From the NCBI GenBank assembly GCA_965603825.1, contig CBFDEM010000058.1, positions 682,001 to 746,000 on the forward strand: a stretch of DNA of 64,000 bases, given 5' to 3'. The stretch comes from Blepharisma stoltei ATCC 30299 (taxonomy: Eukaryota; Protista; Ciliophora). Position 1 is the first letter of the stretch. Each line of letters opens with the position of its first letter. Of the stretch, positions 57,205-64,000 are shown piece after piece. Below the pieces are notes generated by a model that had not been told where the DNA came from, did no database searches, and saw only the letters and a program-made list of their open reading frames with translations. The position numbers and the translations under genes were made by a program.

Positions 57205-59592
57205 TTATATTAAAAAATTTTTTGGAGGGTCAATAATCATGAGCTTTCTTCTTTCTTTAAATGGAGAAATCGTCACTAATTTCAGCGATCTATTAGATTT
57301 AGAAATCCCTTGAGGATTATCTTTTATAGATCTTTGGAGACTTCTTGAGCTGTTGAGCCTATTGGAATAATGGGAAAAGGAAGACTGTGTATGGCTTGCC
57401 TCGTCAAGTTTCTTGGTAGGGACTCTGTATTCTAAATAATCTTTTATTAAATAACTTTTAGCAACCACTGCTACTTTTCTAATTTCTGGGGTTGATGGCT
57501 TTTTTTGAATTGTTGTCTTAGAATAGGAAGTTCTGCGCATTGGGCTTTCTCTGTTAAATTTCATTCCGAGTTCTGGCGATTTGCAATATCTGGTATCCCT
57601 TGTAATTTTTTGGGTTTTTGCTAAAAGTGGCTGCGGTTTTTTGAATTTATTCATTTTAGATATCAAAAATTTTTGTTTTTTGTCATCAATATCTGAGTCT
57701 CCTGAGTCTTCACTTAAACTCCCTTCATCTAAATCAGCAAATAATTCTCTAAAATCTTCTTCATTTATATGTTGCAGAGAATTTAGGATCGTAAATTCAT
57801 CTTCTTCAGCTTCTACTTCCTGCACGATTTCTTGGACAATTGCTTCTTGATGGTGCCTTTGTTGCTTTTGTAAATTATTTACGACAATATCCATTTTTTT
57901 CTTAAAAAGTCCTTGAGTTCTAAACATAAGCAGCTGTTTACATAGGTCTCTCCCCAAGCTTTGCAGATGGTCAATATTCATATGTGTGTCATCATTTTCT
58001 TCTTCCTCGCTCGCTTTTAACATATCTTTATTGTCAGGTCCAAAAAAGGAAGCTTCTAATGTATAGCTATTTACGATCCCGAATTCTTTATAAACGACCA
58101 CTCGGGCTGCACCTTGTTTAAACCTCTCTGTTCTAAACTTGGTGCCTTGAAAAGAAAACAGCTTATTAGTTTTTGATAAAAAATAAGGAATCATACTCAT
58201 AAGGACTTTTTTCTTTTTGCTTTGATTAGGTGAACAAGCGTACATAAAGACGTTCTTTTTAAGTGAATGCCCATGCATGTCACAGTACATGACAACTTCG
58301 TGGCATTTATTGAATTTTTCTATCATTTTTTTAGTGTAAAATATAGTAGGATGCATTATTTCATCAGGATTTTTTCATCGGCGATTCAAATCAATTCCTA
58401 GCAAAGAGCATCTACAATTCCCATATATCACCCCATCTGGATTAAGCATCGGGACTATCCTAAAAATAAAATTTTTCCTCAAAATTCTTGCATCTTTGGT
58501 ATCACCTAACAAAAAATCAATAACTCCCTGCATCATATAGCTAGAATTGGTTTCCCCTGGATGTGCTCTGCCAGTCAATATGACTCCTTTCTTGCGGGAA
58601 TGTTCATTCACTAACTATAGATATACCTTACATTTTAATTTGTCCTTAAAATTATATTTCATGGTACTGTACATATATTTTTGCTTTACAGACAAAAAAT
58701 CAAGGGAAGGATATGTTAAAACGTTTCTGGTTATAGTCAAAATTGGGCAGGAATTATCGCCTAAGGTTTTACAAAGGGACTCAATCCTGAGGATTTTTTC
58801 GTGAGTTTTGAAGCTGCCGAGGTATGCTAATAGCTGGGTATATGTATAAGGGTAACAGTAAGCGAAAAAAACTTGGTCGTTAGGGTACTCAAATTTATAG
58901 GAAAAAGTTAAGGTGTAGTAAAATACGGGTTTATTTGGGGTCGATATAGGCCTTTGGTAGGAATTTTGATAATATGATACATTATAGCCAGCCCGTTTTC
59001 ATCCACCTCCATCTCTAAGAGACTTTACGAGTGGCTGCATCCCATCATTATATAGTGAGTCATATTTCATTAAGTTGACAATATTAAATCTGATATTTGC
59101 ATCAGCTTTATTATTTTCAACTGCAAAATAATATCATTGAGTATAACCTTCGGTTTCTGTGTCAAATTCTAACAATAAATTATATTCATTTTCACTAACT
59201 CTTATAGCCTTCCTCAAATTCCCGCCTTCAAATTTTGACTCAAATTTCAATGAGTCTTGAGGTATAACCAACGTATATTCGCATGGGATTTTTTTATTGG
59301 ATGTATAGTTCCGCATATTCAAGTACTGGATTCTATCTGGCTAGCGATTACCGTATTCGTAAATTTTTTCAGCTTTTTTATTCTTAAATTCGGGTAACGG
59401 CTCTCTAGCTACAATTTTATTAGTTTCTTCATATAATAATTCGTCTGATCTTCGCGAATGAGAATCAAATACCAGAATTCCATTTCCTTCATATCGAAAA
59501 AGATGATATCTAGAACTGCCTGGCCTTATTTCGTTGAATTCGTCATTGTCAAACTTCCATTCTTGGCTTGAATGTGGAGTAGTTGTAGTCAT
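57205..59592 (-). CDS. Cytosolic carboxypeptidase (CCP/AGBL, M14D tubulin deglutamylase)
   Basis: [14 protein letters not shown](W)-[34 protein letters not shown](W), DMHGHS and YTLEASF. 15-nt intron at 59337-59351 and an inferred 21-nt intron at 58611-58631. Confidence 0.9.
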
Positions 59593-59622
59593 TTTATTAT
59601 TTGGACAATAAAAATACCAAAA

Positions 59623-60600
59623 ATGTCAGACCGAATCCCTTTTCAAACTCATGGGTTTTCTTTGGTTGTGTGCAGAAATTTTGACGGAAGATGACTGGCA
59701 GTGAAAGAAACAAGGAACCGTGGATGGTGGCTGCCAGCTGGACTTGTAGATCAAGGCGAAACCTTTATAAATGCAGCGTATAGAGAAGTGCATGAAGAAG
59801 CAGGGGTTGATGTAGAAATCAAAGGAATCCTTAGGGTTGAACATTCAGTTTATGGCCCTGCCCACGCCAGAATGAGGGTCATATTTTTTGCTGTACCAAC
59901 TGACCCGAGCCAGTTTCCTAAGCAAATTCCTGATAAAGAAAGCGAAGAAGCCAAATGGGTTACAATTGATGAATTAAGAAAAATTGCACGAATCCCACCA
60001 GGACTGCGAGGGCCTGAATTATATGAATGAGGAAATTATATAGAAAAAGGAGGAATTATAGCCCCATTAAGCTTTTTGTGTAGAGAAGATGAGCAAACTC
60101 CACCCCCACAAGCTGCGTATTTTCGGCTTTATGAGCCAATATCTCCAAAGCCAGATCCTGGGATTTTAATAGAGGCAGTTGAAAAACGAGATATAGAAGA
60201 AGTAAGAAAATGCTTGCTTTTAGGCACAGAAATTAATATCCCTATCAACGAAAAACTCTGATCTCCTTTACATTTAGCTTGCCACTTAAACCATGAAGAA
60301 ATCGTATATCTGCTCCTTATGAGTGGGGCTGACATTACTATGGTAACCCATAAATCAAGAAATATTATACATTTCGCTGCACAAAGTACTCATCAAATCC
60401 TTTCGATGGTGCTGGTAAAGGCTTCTAAATGTGTAAGCAAAATGGAGATTATTAATCACCAAGATCTTGTAGGGGATACTCCTTTGCATTTTGCAGCTGC
60501 TATGTCTGGGAGATCGAAAATGTGGAAAGAGTTAGTTACACATGGAGCGGATCCAGAATTGAGGAATAATTCAGGGCTGAGTCCGACGGATATGTTGTAA
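59623..60600 (+). CDS. Nudix hydrolase (NUDT18-like) fused to ankyrin repeats (325 aa)
   Basis: Complete Nudix box GLVDQGETFINAAYREVHEEAGV. Ankyrin motifs SPLHLA, IIHFAA and GDTPLHFAA. TGA=Trp at 59692, 60028 and 60259. Confidence 0.88.
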
Positions 60601-61099
60601 ATAAATTAAATTAATTTAAGTTAAGTTAAAAAAGCTACAGAATTATTCTTTGGTTAAAAATTTTAAGTAAAAGGATTATAGGCAAAATTAATGAGAAAGG
60701 TAGAGTTTTTATTAGATATAAATTTTTGGATGCTAGTTCTTAGTAAAAAATTTTATACTGAAGGTTAATTAAAGATGTTGGTAAAATGCAAGATATTCTA
60801 ATCATGTCAGAAAATAAATAAATTTAATAAAATTTTGGAATTGTTATTTATAATTAAGATTATTTTAATCATTATTTAGCTATCTATCATAGAGGATATC
60901 TTAAAATCTACTAAACCCGGTCTGAATTTTTATTTTTTTCCAAAAAATTTCTTTAATTCTTCGCTATCTGAATTCCCCATCAATCCTGATCCACTTCTTA
61001 TCTAATTTATAAATCATTCCCATATAAATCCCCTAACAAATTTAAGATATCCATTATCAGTCCAAAATTTTCAGCGACTTTTTTAATGGATATAATAAA

Positions 61100-62077
61100 A
61101 TGGAAGGTGGTGCAGTCAAAGTTGTTGTGACAGGAGCAGCAGGACAAATAGGGTACTCAATTCTCCCAATGATCTGTTCAGGTCATATGCTTGGTGCTAA
61201 TACCCACATTGATCTTGGTCTTCTCGATATTCCTCAATGCGAAGAAGCCCTTAGAGGAGTTGTCATGGAGCTTCAAGACTGCTCATACCCTCTGATTACT
61301 CAAATCAGACATGGCTCAGACCCACGTGAAATCTTACGTGATGCTGACATCATCATCTTCTTAGGAGGATTCCCAAGAAAAGCAGGGATGGAAAGAAAAG
61401 AACTTCTCCAAAGAAACTGCAACATTTTCAAAGAACAAGGTGCAGCTCTCAATGAAGTCGGAAAGCAAACCACTCTTTGCTTAGTTGTCGCAAACCCAGC
61501 AAACACCAACTGCTTAATCTTGTCTCACTTCGCTCCAAATATTCCTCGCAAGAACTTCTCAGCCATGACAAGACTCGATCATAACAGATCAATGCACCAA
61601 ATTGCAGCTAGAGCTGGAGTCCACAGCAGCGCTGTCAAAAATGTAATTATTTGGGGAAATCACAGCTCAACTCAATACCCAGATGTTAACCACGGAACAG
61701 TCAATGGACATCCAATTAAGCAAACTCTTAATGATGACGCATGGCTTCATGGAGAATTTATCACTACAGTCCAAAGAAGAGGAGCTGCCATTATTGAAGC
61801 TAGAAAATTATCTAGCGCTATGAGTGCTGCAAAGGCTGCAGTTGATCATGTCAGAACCTGGGTCCAAGGCACACCAGAAGGCGAACACGTGTCAATGGCT
61901 GTTCTCAGCGACGGTTCCTATGGAATTGATGAAGGACTTTGCTACTCATACCCAGTTACCTGTGCTAATAAAGAGTGGCACGTTGTCCAAGGCTTACATA
62001 TTGACGAATTCTCTAGAGAGAAGATGGAACTCACTAAGAGAGAACTTATTGAAGAAAGAGACGAAGCTCTTAGTTAA
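61100..62077 (+). CDS. MDH1: Cytosolic malate dehydrogenase
   Basis: VTGAAGQIGY, PRKAGMERKELL, VVANPANTN, TRLDHNR, IWGNHSSTQYPD and RKLSSAMSAA. Confidence 0.97.
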   Translation: MEGGAVKVVVTGAAGQIGYSILPMICSGHMLGANTHIDLGLLDIPQCEEALRGVVMELQDCSYPLITQIRHGSDPREILRDADIIIFLGGFPRKAGMERKELLQRNCNIFKEQGAALNEVGKQTTLCLVVANPANTNCLILSHFAPNIPRKNFSAMTRLDHNRSMHQIAARAGVHSSAVKNVIIWGNHSSTQYPDVNHGTVNGHPIKQTLNDDAWLHGEFITTVQRRGAAIIEARKLSSAMSAAKAAVDHVRTWVQGTPEGEHVSMAVLSDGSYGIDEGLCYSYPVTCANKEWHVVQGLHIDEFSREKMELTKRELIEERDEALS

Positions 62078-62118
62078 ATCTAATTAAGGACGGACTTATA
62101 TAAGAATTACCATAATTC

Positions 62119-63684
62119 CTAAATTAAAAGGTTAAACTGACTATCACTCGCTCTCAGCTGCTTTTCCATATAAAGCGCTTGTAGAGCTAACATCTGCTTC
62201 ATCACCACGTCTAGCTTGCAGACTGCAAGCTCACTAAGATTGACAATATTCCTATTGACTACGTCTGCTGTGACTTCTCGTTGTGAAGGCATCAATAAGT
62301 ACCCTAAAACGCTTTCTTCTGGCTTGTTATAGCATAAAAGTCCTATGATTTCCCAGACAAAAACAGATAAATCGACGTCTTTTCGGCAAAAAACAGTTTT
62401 TTCTCGGAAACTTGCGAGATATCTTTTGGCATAGTCTAAAGCGGTGTATGGCTCGCCTTTTTTAATTATTTCGATAAATTCTTGGACGTGGAGGCTTATA
62501 ATGCATTCTTCATTGGACTCAAGAGCAGGGTAGTTCATTACGATAAGGTCTCTGGCTTCTCTGATTAGGCCTTGCATTATTAATTGACGGATTTCTGAGC
62601 GGATTTTGGTTTCTTCTAAGTTCTCGAGGGGGGGTTCAGGAATCTCAGGCTCTTCTATGACTGTTTCGTTGTTTTTCATGTAGAGGCTTGACAAGTCTAT
62701 GCTGTTGCAACGGTCAAAGCTAAAAGTATCAGACATAGAATTTTGACGAGACCCAAATGGACTGGTTAGAGGGACTTTTATAGGGCTGACTGGCTCGACG
62801 TTTTGCATTATTTGACGTAAGCACTCTTCACAGATTTTTTGGGCTTTTTCACATTTTTCACATTCAGGGTTTATATCAATTGATCCAACTTTTTCTGAAA
62901 CCCTCCCTGAGTAACTTCTCTGTTTGCTTAAAGAAACTGGTTCAGCTGCTGGTAGTTTTGGGTTTAAATTGGGGAAATTTAGCAGGGTTTGGTAGTAGCC
63001 ATTGTATTTCAAATAATCGTGCACGAGCTCATGCAATTCAGAGCTTGATATATTTTCAGATAAAACCTCGTTGTCTATTCTTGTCGCTTCTTTTACAGAC
63101 AAAGAGTCTACATCATAAGTAAAAGGCCCTGAAAAATTAAATGTGACAGATTCTTGTGGGGTCAACAACGCCACAGCAGGATAATACTCAATAGGCTCAA
63201 TCCCTTTAAACGCACTACCTAAAAATACCCCATTTTTGGTAAAAAAAATTTCTTGTGTGTCGAAAATAATTCCACATCCGATAACGTCGCCGCTGGCGAA
63301 TTTTTGGCAGAAATCTCGACCTTGGGTTGAATTATGATACACTTTTCCGTCAGCTTTTATTCCGTAGGATCGCTTTGAGGCTCCTGGATATTTACTGAGT
63401 TGAAAAGATTCGTCTATTAGACCGACATAAAGAGTAGGTCTTTGAAGAGTAATATTTATTTTCACTTCAAAATAGTAAACTGGAGAGGTGGGGGAAAGAG
63501 GTCGAATAGAATGGCTGCCCCTCACACACTATATAAGGCTTACAGCTATGTCTGCTAAATTTTGGCCTTTTCCTGTGTAAGTCACTGTCAGCCTGTCTTG
63601 GTGGATTTTTACATTTGAGCTGTTTTGAAGGTGAAGGCATGGGAGCTCTTCAGATTTGTTAGGTTGATGCATTTGGAAAAACAT
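62119..63684 (-). CDS. SPRY-LisH-CTLH-CRA protein (RanBP9/10/Gid1-like, CTLH E3 complex)
   Basis: SPRY (YYFEVKI, GDVIGCGI, FFTKNG, YPAV), LisH (LVHDYLKYNGYYQT) and CTLH/CRA. A 15-nt intron at 63529-63543 extends the ORF to ATG 63684 (or 63672). Confidence 0.88.
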
Positions 63685-64000
63685 TTTAGATTTGTAATTA
63701 TTATATTAATGTGATATTTAATGAAGCTTTATATAAGAAATAGGGATCTCTACAATTAAAAATCTTTTAAATTATGAAAATTATAGGTAATCACACTAAA
63801 ATTATCCAAAATTTTATTTTTGTTATTTTTTGCTAAAATAATTCAAATTTCTTTATAATTCCAGTTAATTAGCCTTATATTTTAAATCTAGACTTACGGA
63901 TTTTAAATTAATAAAATTTTTTAAAAATTAAACAATTGAGATCAGATCATAATGAAGGATTTCGGAAAAATGAAAATATCAGTAATAAATAGTAACTTAT

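Larger units (their letters stand above)
8885..63543. other. Set of 19 tiny spliceosomal introns (16 of 15 nt, 3 of 16 nt), heterotrich type
   Basis: All are GT..AG. All 15-nt introns have A at position 10. Each internal intron restores the reading frame, usually of a recognisable domain. Coordinates are given under each gene. Confidence 0.9.

Noticed and set aside
768-60600. Many genes look like pseudogenes broken by stop codons
   Set aside because: The breaks are in-frame TGA at Trp positions or 15/16-nt introns. The frames are otherwise intact.
61031-61038. CCCTAACA, matching the Blepharisma telomeric unit as I recall it
   Set aside because: A single 8-mer with no tandem copies is compatible with chance. 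It is not a telomere.
1-64000. Transposons, retained IESs, tRNA/rRNA genes
   Set aside because: No transposase or RT motifs, terminal inverted repeats, or recognisable structural RNA were seen by eye. Short IESs or ncRNAs in spacers cannot be excluded without MIC/MAC comparison and covariance-model searches.

Overview
This is an AT-rich, gene-dense eukaryotic window, most likely the macronuclear genome of a heterotrich ciliate, probably Blepharisma (inference). TGA is read as Trp: it sits at conserved Trp positions in COX15, HEN1, Amt, RING-H2 and CCP, and it aligns with TGG between paralogues. All true stops are TAA or TAG. The introns are 15-16 nt GT-AG with a near-invariant A at position 10. 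The supplied ORF track therefore fragments most genes. Re-reading the sequence gives about 40 protein genes, including a REEP/HVA22 gene the track misses and a claudin-like gene it recovers only as a fragment. Highlights: (1) a tandem array of at least 4 paralogues that fuse a degenerate ATP-grasp-like domain to a C-terminal group-I truncated hemoglobin, a candidate globin-coupled sensor or enzyme family; (2) a three-gene cluster whose middle gene is a chimera of its two neighbours, joining a PWWP chromatin reader to a catalytically dead Ulp1/SENP-like domain; (3) an ELP1-HEN1-SET methyltransferase run with 8-bp spacers; (4) a CCP gene that needs an atypical 21-nt intron to stay in frame; (5) an H2A with a TQEL tail and a glutaredoxin paralogue lacking its first active-site Cys. 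No tRNA, rRNA, CRISPR array, telomere or transposon could be supported. Domain calls come from motif recognition by eye, not from database searches.
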